Assembly: GCF_006345805.1 (NCBI RefSeq) | Contig: NC_042997.1 | Location: forward strand, 6,324,001-6,388,000 | Source: Octopus sinensis | Taxonomy: Eukaryota | Reading direction: 5' to 3' | DNA: 64,000 bases | Shown here: positions 28,284-41,100 of the stretch, piece after piece | Position numbering within the stretch: the first letter of the stretch is position 1 | Layout of the letters: the number at the start of each line of letters is the position of its first letter | Notes under the pieces: generated by a model | What the model saw: only the letters and a program-made list of their open reading frames with translations | The model's database searches: none | Told to the model about the DNA's origin: nothing | Made by a program: the position numbers and the translations under genes

Positions 28284-31200
28284 GTGAGTGTGTGTGTTTC
28301 TGCATGAATGTATATAAAAATATATGTACATGCATTCTGAAATACAAACGTACACACACTTATATATGTACGTACGTATATAAGCATATGTGTGTGTATC
28401 ACTCTGTCGGTGTGCCTGTGTGTTTCATAGCTAGCGGAACCTCGGAAGATTTATATTATTCAAACGTGTGTAGACCGTAAGCTACTCTTCAGGCTGTATG
28501 TATATAAATATCCATACACATATACACACGCACTCACAAACATGAATGAAAACAGATACGCTAAGAGGGACCATAAAATCCCGTGAAAAGTGCGCCGATT
28601 GAGAATTCACAATACTGACGTGTCAATTTTGGAAAATTGTGTTGCCTCGTCAGTTAAGACAGCTATTTTATAGTAGCTTCTATGTCGTATACGAGCAAAG
28701 CAATTGCTAGAAAGAAACATTGAAATGAGTCATTGACGATGCAGTGTGGGGCCCTTATTTGACTCTACTGAAGGTAGATGACTGCCTTGAGAATTCGTGA
28801 CAAAAAGCGCTCCCCCTACTTCCTGTGTAACGAATAAAAACAAAAGATGTCCCCTTACTATCAGAATATAATAATTTCCAATAAAAATCAAAAACGTTCG
28901 CACCTTATAAATTATTAAAATTGAAATACAATAGTAATGAAACATAGTCTTTTCTACTGAGAAGAACAATGACTTTGAAGTAAGTCCTCCCCAAGTACTA
29001 AGATAGTAATTTGTGCGTCAAAGATTGCGCCTTTCGCAAATTAAGGAAAATAAAATAACAAAATATAATTAGAACAAGAAAATACCAGGACTTATGAATA
29101 AGCAAGTTTAATGTAGGCACAGGAAAAGTTTATTTTAACTAAAGACAAGCATATTTAATTAAATATATTGAGTAATGAGAATAGTTTCACAGGAAGTTAT
29201 GAATATTAGATATATCACAATGTGTGTAGGCAAAATCATAGACTATATAGAAATAACACACACACACACACACACATACACAGCCGTACGCAAATATATA
29301 CACATATCTATATGGAAATAAAAATATAATATTGTGCAGTAACTAGAGCAAATATATAAAATAAGGACTGCTTATACAAAAACAGTTTAAGGTGTAAATC
29401 AATATTTTAGTGAAAATGTAATTTCGTACTTATTTATGGAGAAACGTATGTTACAGAGACAGATATTTATAATGCAATAATTTGATGAAGAAAAGTTTCA
29501 TATATGGAAATAATGGAGACAAAACTGAAAACTATTTATTGCAATAACCATTTGTTTAAGATGACCATCTAACCAACTTATTTCCCCCTAAGATAATGTC
29601 CCGTCATATGAATATCATTATGGATATTTCATACAATTCCATATATATGAAAATGTTGACCGGATTTTGTATTTCGCCATATTTACTTGTACGCTCCCTT
29701 AGAAATATTTCAGTAAAATAAATTTTCACTGTGGATATTATACCTAAATCTCAAACGGAGTGCACAAGTCAATTTCGGTATTTAAAAACTGTCATAGTTT
29801 TTTGTCCATACCATATCTCTGCCTAGCATCAGATTGCTTTGAACGCATATTTACAGAAATTGACGCTGGACATGAAGTTGTTATTATTTTTTATTCCATT
29901 AGTAACATTACTTTTTAACTTATCTCTTACTTTACAGGTACAGGAAATATTTCTAAGTGTCACCATTGTTATGACAAGATTCTGATGAGCTGCTGTGTTT
30001 TCTCAGCTTAACCAAGCAGCAGCATGATTTTTCAGGACAGGGAATATGCATATCCCGATTAAATTTTCCTCCTTTGGAGGTAATAATAACGAAGAAATCT
30101 CATATCAGAGTGACCTTAGAAATGTAAAAAAAACAAATACATAAATCAAACGTTATTCATCTTGACATGAGATACAAACACTAAAATTATATATTCGTTA
30201 ATGACATAAATGAAATAAAGTGTCAATTTACTCGAGTTACTTTACGCAATATATTATTTAAATTATATATTTATTCAGCCGTTAATGGAAATTCATATGT
30301 GTGTGTGGTGTGTGTGTGCGTTTGCGTATTTGTTTGTGTGTATGTTGAAGTAATTCACAATATATTCCTTTTTGTGTACAATAATGTACAATAATAATAT
30401 ATTGTGAACGTTGTTTATTTTTAGCGAGCTCCCACATCAAACATTTATTTAGATTGTTATACATTTCCATATATCATTTGAATTTGCACGCTATATGATA
30501 TAATATATTCTGCTTCCCGATGCATCATGCAACATAATAATGACATAATATGATGGAAGTGATATTAAATATAGTTGGAAGAATTTAGTAGATGAACAGC
30601 AGATTATCGGAGTATATCTTTAAATATAGATTTGAAATAAATACATTGAATTTCTGGATGCAAGTATGTGTAATATAATGCTAAATGTAATTTAACTGTC
30701 TTGATGTCTAACGGAATAGGCTTTTATCGTTTTTCTGTTTTCTCAATCTCATATATAATTAATGAAGCACATTTAAACATATTCACATAAGTATTCACTA
30801 TCCATTATATAAATAACAGCCAATATCTTGACAATATGTACCTTCTCTTTATCTAAAATAGCTCTTTCAGAATTTTAATTACTAGATCTTTTTATTCAGA
30901 ATATCAAGGTCCACGGTCAGGTACTGCATTACGCCAAAATATGTATTTTGCACTATGTATCATCGATCGATTTATATAATCGAGTCACAGAGCAAAAACC
31001 TTCAAATAACCAAATATTGTTTGTGAATATATTTAACAATACAGTAATAGTGATATTCGTTTCTAAAATTTCCATGATTGTAATATATCTATGAAACTAA
31101 AATACGCCACATTAGGGGCGCGACATGTATTGTAGTCCTGCTGCCTATATTCAAATGAAAAGAAATCAGTACCCGAAAATTATTCTTTGTTCAACATTCA

Positions 31201-33484
31201 AAAACATTTCGAAAATGAAATCATGAAGCGATTTAAATGTGAATAGTTTTTGAAGGAAAAATGATCTAAATTATGTTGTATTCTTAAATGTAAGAAAATA
31301 TTTTTTTCTTATATTATAAACACATTTGTTTATGATTAACTAATTTCATGAAATATCATGTTATGATGGAACAAACGCAGAAGTATGGCCCTTAATATTT
31401 TTCCGTTGTCAATCTGCGGATTTAATGATAATGTTTGAACATAAAATAAAGTAATTTTAAAGTTAATTACGAACAATAGATGCTATATTTTCATATCGAG
31501 AGCTTCAAATGAGTGATTATCAACAATTGCGCGACAATAATATGCATGTTTATTCGTTTGTTACCACATTCCATTGCTTAGTTTATAAGCTGGCTAACTG
31601 CACGCATTCCCTTTTCTGAGTTACTCCATAATTTGTCCACCTTTTCCTTAACTTAGTTAAGTGGAGAGTGACATAGTGTAGGCTATATATGATTAAAAAT
31701 AAAACACGTTAGACCACTTTTCGACAGAAATCCTGAAACTAAAATATCACCCCACTCAAATATGTTAAAGATCCACCTCCACGTTTTTGCTCGGTGCAGG
31801 AAAATATATCCACGCTTTCTATGGATAAAATACTATTTACATGTATGCTGTTTATCGATAAAAAATGCCAGTAAAAGAACAATATTCTCTGTTTATAATG
31901 ATAGAAATTTAAAATGTTCAGCCTTGTTGCATTTACCAAAAAGAATATGTACTTAAATGCAACGATAAAACGGACATTATACGTAATGTGTTATTTATAA
32001 CATGCAATACATATTCTTTAAGCACTTAAAATATAATGAATACACCTGGTACAAACCATCTAAGTCATGCAATATCTGGTTGTGCAAATGTAAAAGAAAT
32101 ATCAAATTGTGAGTGCTGATATTCAAGCAGCAAATTGATATCAGAAATATTAAAGATTAGTCAGTTACATTCGCTCAAAATTCGTTATCAATAACGAAAT
32201 ATATATAATTTGAAAGCTCATGCAAATGAAATATAACACTGCAATAGAAAATCTGCCATCTCCAAATTGTGAAGTGAAAGTTCGGTTAATAACATTAATT
32301 TGAGAGAAACAGCTGGAAATTTCTCTAAGATATGTACTACATCCAAAAGTCTTATGCTTACTACACTTCTTGTCCCATGGGGATAAAATTATACACTTGT
32401 TCCTGATACTTCACATATTTTACTCATCATTGACAAAGTGATGTATTCCCTACCATCTCTACAAATTAACCATTGAAATATCAGTTTAAAACGTAGGCTG
32501 CCAAAAACAGCACCACTTTTTAAACAACGGACTAAATCATTATTTGAGCCATGAAAATATCTTAAGTAGACATTCCATCATTTAATGGATGACTTTGATA
32601 TGGGTATCCACAAGTATATAGCGAACTTGAAATTATTCACTATACCAGGTGCAGTAAATTGAAGAAACAGAAACTGGAATAGACAACAGAAATACGAACG
32701 ACATCTGAAACGAATTATTCTCATATGTTTACAAGTATGAGGTGTTTGTAGAGTTACTGGAGAATACAAACGATTGCTCATATTTCTAGTCAACCGCGCA
32801 ATTTCATTTCTAAGGATAACTAAAATTTTCATATTTAGTTCCACGACGAATTACATTGGAACAGTTATATCATTGAAATTGATGAATATCATAAGAAACG
32901 CCGAAGGATATCTGCTGTTCTTTTCCATTCAAAAATGTTGAACGAAGAATTTCGTCGTCTGCCAAAATGTTGTTTATATTTTCATGTCACTATTCTTAAT
33001 TCCGATCTAAATACACCGAATAACTTCGAACGTGATTTCTATTTAAAAATAACTGGCTTGGAAGCAGGAAACCTTTGTAAAACGCTCTACAATATTTCGA
33101 AAATATATTACCGATTTCTGAGTCAATTGCGTACTGTGTTAACACAATGGTTTCATTATGGTATAATATAAGAAAGAATTATTCTTTAATACTATTGAAA
33201 TCAATCTAAAGTTTATTGTGTGAAGTCAATACCTAAATACGTTGGAAGAGGGAGGTTGCACTTTTAAGTATTATGTGCACGTTGCACTGAAATATATCAG
33301 GTTGCTGGAATGTTAATACTTCGCTCTTGAAAAGTTAACTTTATAAAGTAAATGAATAATACTACGCCATATATGCAATCGCATACAGGAAAATGTCTGC
33401 ATATAAAATCCTTTGGAAGCAAGCTTTGAGAATAATGAAATTAAATATAAATGATCCGGCTGCAAAACAACAAAACAGGGGAAA

Positions 33485-33524
<40 letters not shown>

Positions 33525-33599
33525 AATGAGAGAGTGAGAGAACCTACGGAAAAACAATAACGACAATAATAATAATCATAATAATTATTATTCATATTT

Positions 33600-34300
33600 A
33601 TCACAGGTTTTGTTGGAACTCTTGGAGTCATGCGTGTGTAGTGGCATTGCTGCCTGGAACCCACGGTACCACGCTATTTGTTCTTGTCAACTAATACTTT
33701 CCTGATTATTCTGGCCGTCCCAAGAAGGCAAAACTCTTGTTAAAGTTCTACTAAGCACTCTATTCGGATTTCAATTATATTCCTCTTGATGCCTTTTGAT
33801 ACTGTTCCCAACGAACCAACACTATTTGGAATTATCTTCACCTTCTTCAGTTTCCATAGCCGAGGTTATTTTGTAATTAAGAGGGGTTTACTATTTTCTC
33901 GCCTCCCTTCTTGGCTATTTGTGGGTTAAAGGGGCACAGGACAATATAGTACACGCGGAGAATCTTGTCGACCATCATTTCACCCGGTCTGTTATTCTAT
34001 GGTGCCTGATCGGTTTGTATGTGGAAGCCAGGGAGGATTTTGCAAGTCTCTGACACAGCCACTCTCTGCGATTTGTGCTCATACAACGTATTGCTTCTCT
34101 GTAACCTCCCAGTTTTCGCACTGTTTTCATGTAGCACTTTTGCTACCTCATCCTGTCGCCACACCTTGTAGTGGTTTTGGCATATCCAGGGCATTCGTTT
34201 TGTGATATGAGCAATGGTTTCGTCCACTGGAGAACTGAATTAACTGCAGAGAATTTGGTATTAGGAGACGTAAAAATCAAGAGAGAAACTTCCAAGGGGT
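33600..34300 (-). mobile_element. R4/Dong-clade (RLE-type) LINE, 3' fragment
   Basis: DETIAHI…QNHYKVWRQDEVAKVLH (zinc-knuckle region), KIL..FHIQTD, VGSLGTVSKG and CLLGTARIIRKVL. An AAT-rich tract follows the 3' end. Confidence 0.8.
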
Positions 34301-34782
34301 ATGCTACTGATCTCTATGCTGGGAATGATTCCCTTCAGTGAATTTATAATGAAGATATTAAAAGTATTACCGGAGGGCAAGTAAAGATTGGTTGAGATAT
34401 TGAAATATAAGTGAAAGCCTGGCCAAAAGAAGTAGTTACGGTGGTAGAGAAATAATTCAATATAATACAACACAAACATTTAAATATATAGTTTTTTTCT
34501 AAGGATGGGGTTAGAATAGGTGAGAGAAGATTTTGGATTTCCTTGAGATATTGTTCTCTGGGAATATTGTCTACATGTCTCTGACATCCCTTTTTTATCA
34601 TACTTATGGCACCTACAATAACAAGATGACATTTTGCTTTAATGTTTCACATCTCTTGTTTTTCACTTTACTGATCCCTATATGTACTAACTTTGTCAAA
34701 TTCCTTTGGAGATGTATTTTTTATCAATAGAGACACTTACATATATTAATACAGTTCTATATTTAAAAGAACTCATTATCAT

Positions 34783-34915
34783 GTGTCTTGGGGAAATTTC
34801 GAAACCAAGTTCGAAATTTCCCCAAGACACCTGATGACGTCAGGAGGGTATATCGTCGGAAACGTTATGTTAACAACAAAGAAGATGAGGACAAATATCC
34901 GTCAATTGTAATATA
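34783..34915 (+). ncRNA. 21-bp hairpin followed by a degenerate minimal hammerhead-ribozyme motif (Penelope/retrozyme-like terminus)
   Basis: Perfect arms 34783-34803 and 34810-34830, then CTGATGA (34831-37), a 21-nt stem-II region, GAAA (34859-62) and CG-TT. Confidence 0.5.
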
Positions 34916-35094
34916 AATAAGGAAACATACATTAGTTTGCAAACAGTTTCTTTGCTTGGGATAATTATGTCTGAATGATTTGCCTCGATCGCTCTTTCAA
35001 TATTGACTGGAAAATCCCACAGGCTGTGTAAATTTTTACTTTCAACGACTGGATCAGAATGATGTTCATACCAGTTAGCATATATGCCGATTTG

Positions 35095-35446
35095 GTATTA
35101 TTATAGTTGCTGTTGTTGTTGTCATCATCGTCATCATTATTATTATTGTTATCATTATTATTCTCATCATCATCATTATTATTATTGTTATCATTATTAT
35201 TCTCATCATCATCATCATTATTAACATTAGTATCATTATTATTCTCATCATCATCATCATTATTTTCATTAATATTCTCATCATCATCATTATTATCATT
35301 ATTATTCTCATCATCATCATCATTATTATTCTCATTATTATTCTCATCATTATTATTATTATTCTCATCATCATCATTATTATTATTATCATCATCTTCA
35401 TTATTATTATTATCATCATCTTCATTATTATTATTATTATTATTGA
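35095..35446. repeat. Compound (ATT/ATC/CAT)n tract with a higher-order attattctcatcatc unit
   Basis: Direct reading of the sequence. Confidence 0.9.
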
Positions 35447-35792
35447 GTGAAAGAACAGCGCATGTCATCAAAGTGACACTGGCGTAAAATATACGAAGCC
35501 CAGTATACCCATCATGACTACCCGTCTGATAAAGGTACACCAAGCACATGCATCATAACCATATGCGCGCGACATGGTGATCTCATATCAAGATAAACAG
35601 CACATGGCCTTGAAGGAGGGGCTCAGTTAAAATTTTGTTCTGGTCGAGTAGCCCATCCCGCACAAAAGGTCCCTGAATAAGGGTTGTTTAAGTATGTTGA
35701 ACGAAACACTCATGTTTCCAGAGCTGAATTATTGAAACCCCAAAGAATCCTTCTCAACACAAGACTATGATGCTCCCCCACTACTGCTCATG
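35447..35792 (-). mobile_element. ~570-bp (AAT)n-flanked repeat, copy 6 (3' half)
   Basis: Reverse complement of 18715-19061; abuts the (AAT)n tail of the Dong fragment. Confidence 0.88.
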
Positions 35793-37100
35793 ATTATTAT
35801 TATTATTATTGGTTTTACTGCCTTTGCACATTTTCTAACGCTGGAGATGTACTACAGTGGCAACTGTCCACCACCAGTGAACTAAGGGAAAACCTCTTAT
35901 TTTTCGGGCACCTGCCAGAGAATTCGAGCGGTTCCAAGGAGTGATGTTTTATGCAAGTCCTCCCTCCTTATTGCAGCCTCCATTCGTTCCACGTAATTCT
36001 CGAGATTTTTGCTCACTGTTCCCAAGGCTCCGGCAATTATTGGTACTACTGCTACCCTTTTCATCGATAACAACTGCTTAAATCCGCAAGTTAACGTGTG
36101 ATATCTCTAGAATCTCAACGCTGAAATCTGCCATAAGATTTCACCGTTTGTCTACAGATTCTGAACTTATCATTTTCTGCTGTGTTATCTATTCTGCATT
36201 TTATGTAGTTTGTTCTTAGTGCTTGCTCTAGGGCAGCACAGATTATAGCCAACGTTTCCGGATTTAAAGTTAGTCATCCACAACCATATGTTTTTTCTCT
36301 GTCTTATCTAAATCATCCCTATGAAATTGTCCATGCATTCTTTTCTATATCCACCTATTTTCAGTTTCATTCGTTTACAATTTCTTGTAGAGTGCTCTTT
36401 CTTTGCAATCGTCCATCCTACACAGGCCTGGCCATACTAAGTATAATAATAGCGTTCCTGTGGCATTTTTTACATACCATGTTCTCTTCTGCTCTAATGC
36501 TTTGTTCGCATCCAATAAGTCCTCTTCCACCTCTTTTTCTTGGTACATACAGTCTGTCTGTACCATCCTTTGCATGGAGTGTCCCATGTCTAGTTAACAG
36601 ATTCCTTGTTTTTCTCTAAGCCGTTTAGTTCGTCTACTGTCCATGCGATTACACATACTCCATATCTAAGGAGTGAAATCGCTCAGGTGTTGATAGCTTC
36701 GACTTTTTCCATCCATTTAATTTCGACTTAAGAATCACTTTCAGTCTGCGAAAGTACTCCACCTTAAATGTTTCTCTCATTTCTTTCTCCATCTATTTAT
36801 CCATTTCCAAAATCCCGAAGTTTTTATAGCCCGTATCTTCTATCTGCTTCATTGGTATTGACAGTTCGTCCATACATTTGATTTGCTTCTGTTGAAGACT
36901 AACACACCACAATTTCTCTGTCCGACGTCCATTCTAATATCCGCATTAAAGGTACACACCATATCAACAAAGGAACTGACTTGAGCTTAATCCTTACCAT
37001 AAATTTTCAGGTCATCCATGAATAACATATGCTTGACTTTTTGCAGGCGGCTTTTAGATAAAAACCCAGCATTTGCTTTCCTCAGAAATTGTAATTAAGG
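35793..37100 (-). mobile_element. R4/Dong-clade LINE, decayed RT-to-RLE fragment with (AAT)n tail
   Basis: VKHMLFMDDLKIYGKD near 37000-37035, EYFRRLKVILKSKLNG, VVPIIAGALGTVSKNL and GTARIL; tail (AAT)6 at about 35793-35810. Confidence 0.82.
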
Positions 37101-38614
37101 ACCTACGAAATCTAAAGGGTAAAAAGAATTCTGAGGTAGCTTTTGGAAACACACATTGATTGCAACAACTTTACGAGATAGGAAATATAGCTGTAGTTTA
37201 AAGGAGTTCAGATTTGCATATAATACATTGGATAGTCACAAACGAATTCAAACTTAATAGAATTTGGCACACGGCATATTTCAGAATATAATATTTAGTT
37301 AGAAAGCTTCAGTCTAAATATTGAATTGCGTCTCCCTGTATGGTTTTAAAACCTTCACTTTGAGTAATATTGTATTTCATTCGTTTTTCGCAAATGCATT
37401 TAATATATCGATTATAACTTTAGCGTTCGTCTCTTAAAAAGTAAAATATTTTTGGTTTAAATTCTATTTTTTCATTTATGATCAGTTATATATTTTTCCA
37501 AATCTTATCTCACAAAAATAAAAAAAATACAGGATCCTTTTAGTTTATAAGCAATAACTACTTCATTCTTTTCTAAGTAGGAATGTACTATCTGCTGAAA
37601 TCATCATTTTTTTTTATATAGCCTCAAATAATTGCACAAACACACACATACACACACACACACATACATACACACACACACACATATGTTTTAATTTCGT
37701 TGTCTTTGATCAATAGTTCACCTCAAACAATTTATTTTAAAGAATAAATTATTCCACTTATTCTGGGAATTAGTTCTGCTGGTCTTTATAAAAAAAAAAT
37801 ATTTATTGTTATTGCATGTAAAGCTTCCTATCGATGAGTCTTTCCTTGCAAATATATATTGTATAAAATTGTTTCGTAATTACTTGAGAATATCACCCTT
37901 TTCTTTACGATCGCTAGTAAATATTTGGAAGTTGTCTCTTAATAAGAAAGAAATTATAATTATTTGAGAGTCATGCCGTGAGTCATATATTAGGTCATTC
38001 TTAGCTTCTTTTTAAAAATTCTGGTATTGTCTCATTTGATTTATTTTCCATAAGACATTTGTTTCATCAACTATGTAAATTAACAATAGCCAAATACCCG
38101 ACGTAAATATTTAATACTTATTACGTTTTATCGAATTATCAAAGTTCGCTTTAATTTGTGTAAAATCTGTTGATGATGATGATTAAATCCTAAACATGTC
38201 GATGGTTCATCTATCGGCTATAAAGACCAGACTACCTCTAAGCATGTAAATAAATTAGGTGAAATTAATTTTTAATTCTTGTTATTAGATTTCTCTTTCA
38301 GATACGCTAATTTTATCGCTAGATTTGTGCTTACAACTTCTACATAGCAGGGAAATTTAAATTAATTTCACATTTCCTGCTCACATTATTGATTGTATCA
38401 CTCCTACCCGTGTTCTTATAAGTCTACTGCATTGCCCTAAAGTATTTGCATAAATAAATTCATAATATATGCTCTCTAAGAAGCTCAATAAAAAACTCTC
38501 AACACATAAATAAACGTACAGATACGTTACAAGTTATATACACATACATGCATAGAGAATCACATAATACACGTACCCTCATACCAAAGCACCCATACAC
38601 ACAAGTACAAGTTT

Positions 38615-38790
38615 GTGTGGTAAGAAGCTTGCATCCTAGTCATACTTCCGGATTCAGTTCCATTGTGCAGCACTTTGGGCAAATATTTTCTACCATAGCC
38701 TAAAGCCGATTAAAAAATTTGTGAGTGGATTTGGTAGACGGAAACAGAATGAAGCCCGTCATATATATTAATATATCTCTTCTACTCTTT
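38615..38790 (+). mobile_element. SINE family 1, 5' half
   Basis: gtgtggtaagaagcttgc…gtgagtggatttggtagacggaaac…gaagcccgtc. Confidence 0.8.
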
Positions 38791-38796
38791 TACTTG

Positions 38797-39190
38797 TTTC
38801 AGTTATTTGACTGCGGCCATGCTGGAACACCGCCTTTGGTCGAGCAAATCGACCACGGGACTTATTCTTTGTAAACCAAGTACTTATTCTATCGGTCTCT
38901 TATTGCGAACCGCAAAGTGACGGGGACATAACCACACCAGCATCGGTTGTCAAGCAACGCTAGGGGGACAAACACAGACACACAAACATACACGCACACA
39001 CATATATATATATATGTATACACATATACGACGGGCTTCTTTCAGTTTCCGTCTAGCAAATCCACTCACAAGGCTATGGTCGGCCTCAGGCTATAGTAGA
39101 AGACACTTGCCGAAGGTGCCACGCAGTGGAACTGAACCCGGAATCATGTGGTTGGTAAGCAAGCTACTTACCACACAGCCTCTCCTGCGT
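38797..39190 (-). mobile_element. SINE family 1, full-length copy
   Basis: tRNA-like head (ggctgtgtggtaagtagc…ccgggttcagttcc), internal microsatellite and gtaaaagag tail. Confidence 0.9.
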
Positions 39191-39204
39191 CTATACTATT
39201 GTTT

Positions 39205-39480
39205 GACAACCAGTATTTGTGTGTTTACGTCCCGGTAAATTTTCGGTCGTACAACAGTAGCCGAGAGAATATGTACTAGGCTTACAAGTTGATATCTTCC
39301 TCTAGAACATTTTAGGTAGTTATCCAGAATGGCCGCAGTCATGTGACGGAAATAAGTAAAATAATAAAACAAATATATATATATGAAACAATTATTGTGT
39401 GTCTGTGCTTGTCCCTCACATTCAATTGACAACTGATGTTGGTGTCCCCGAAACATAGCATTTCGGCAAAAGGCCCAATA
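39205..39480 (+). mobile_element. SINE family 1, decayed 3'-half fragments
   Basis: gacaaccagt…atggccgcagtc…gaaataagtaaaa, plus a second gacaactgatgttggtgt…ttcggcaaaag. Confidence 0.6.
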
Positions 39481-39496
39481 TAATAATTTCTAGGCT

Positions 39497-39579
39497 TATA
39501 CTATAGCCTCGGGCCGACCAAAGCCTTGTGAGTGAATTTGGTAGACGGAAACTGAAAGAAGCCCGTCGTATATATGTAT

Positions 39580-39618
<39 letters not shown>

Positions 39619-39842
39619 TGTGTGTATTTGTGTGTCTGTTTGTCCCCCTAGCATTGCTTGACAACCAATGCTGGTGTGTTTATGGCCCCGTTACCTAGCG
39701 GTTCGGCAAAAGAGACCGATAGAATAAGTACTTGGCTTACAAAAGAATAAGTTCCGGGGTCTCGTTGCTTGACCAAAGTCGGTGTTCCAGCATGGCCGCA
39801 GTCAAATGACTGAAACAAGTAAAAGAGTAAAAGAGTAAAAGA

Positions 39843-39845
<3 letters not shown>
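39497..39845 (+). mobile_element. SINE family 1, 5'-truncated copy
   Basis: ctatagcctcgggccgaccaaagcc…(TA)n…cagcatggccgcagtcaaatgactgaaacaa followed by three gtaaaaga units. Confidence 0.9.
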
Positions 39846-39877
<32 letters not shown>

Positions 39878-40174
39878 TGATCACTAAATTGGATTCCGAA
39901 TATGCTAAAGATATATGTGAAATCACCTTTCCACGAAGAGTGTGAACTGAAGAAGAATCTATCTATATATATATATACATATATATACACACATATATAC
40001 ACATTAAAAGAGTGCCTTGTTTTCTAGGAGGAATCTAGGAATATAGTGTGTGTAGATGTAGCATCTTAAAAAGTTTTAGTGCACCCGACGTCTTCACCAG
40101 GAAAGTTGGATAGTCGTGGTAACCGAATCGAGATATCATGATATCAGTCAAATGAAGCAGTACAGAACATTTAC

Positions 40175-40206
<32 letters not shown>

Positions 40207-40889
40207 AGGGAAACCGTGTTTGTATTGGTTTTCAGGCCATTCGTTTCTGTTTTTTCTTTGGCTGTACTTGAAGTAATCTCTTATTCGAATGTAGATATAA
40301 TTTTTCACAAGTAGTATTGGTGTTTGTAATGACCGATTAGGATATGTCTTATAACTCGAAATAGTTAAAATACTTCGTTCTACCTGAAAATCATGTTTAC
40401 GTGCTACAACATCGTAGTGGTATATGTGTAGCAATGAGTTTTCGCCGACATTCGAACCTGGAATTTTAGTTTCTAAAGCCATAATCATTGCTGAGCAAAA
40501 TTAGTATATTCTTAATGGACTGCAGATGGTTGGTGTTGGTACACTGATATTATATACGAGCAAAACGCCCCCGTCCAATGGACGGTGCTGAGTTGTCAGA
40601 TATTTAAACTAAATTGTCTCAAAACAACTTATCCGAACGTCCCATAGGCTCCACCTTTGAGAAACACTGATATGACCTAAATTTGAGAAACCAGCAAAAG
40701 AAGAAATACAGATAGACTTTTTCCTATTCCAACGAAATACGATTTTATTCACACAAATATGCAACCGAAGAGTTTAAAGTACCAGTAATGATAAGGCTGT
40801 TGACTGGGAGAAAACAAAAATGGTTTAAACAGTAAACTTAGTAGGAAATAAAAGTGCCTTTAAGCAGTACAAAAACAACAAAAAATGGA

Positions 40890-41100
40890 AGGTGCAGTTA
40901 TGTACAGATTGATGGAAGAAACGCAGGACAAAAACGGCTTTATCGATCGCATTCTCACCTGGAATCAATTTTTATAACGCCCTGATACTGTTGGTATCTA
41001 CATATCAAATTTGAGCGTAATCGGATGGAGGATGCCCGAGATCCAAGAAGATACACACACACACAGAAAGACAGAATGGATTTTGTATAAGGGATAATCA
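40890..41100 (+). mobile_element. Possible Helitron/Helentron-associated non-autonomous element end (DINE-1/HINE-like)
   Basis: caaatttgagcgtaatcggat…(CA)n…gacaga…ttttgtata layout; recognised by resemblance only. Confidence 0.25.

Noticed and set aside
29982-30030. SECIS or C/D-box snoRNA interpretation of the hairpin
   Set aside because: The GA quartet is out of register by 2 nt, there is no D box at a suitable distance, and no selenoprotein ORF is nearby.
34965-35549. 194-aa N/D-rich ORF and opposite-strand L/S-rich ORFs; similar ones at 15947-16325
   Set aside because: Trinucleotide tracts joined to the 570-bp repeat; not coding.
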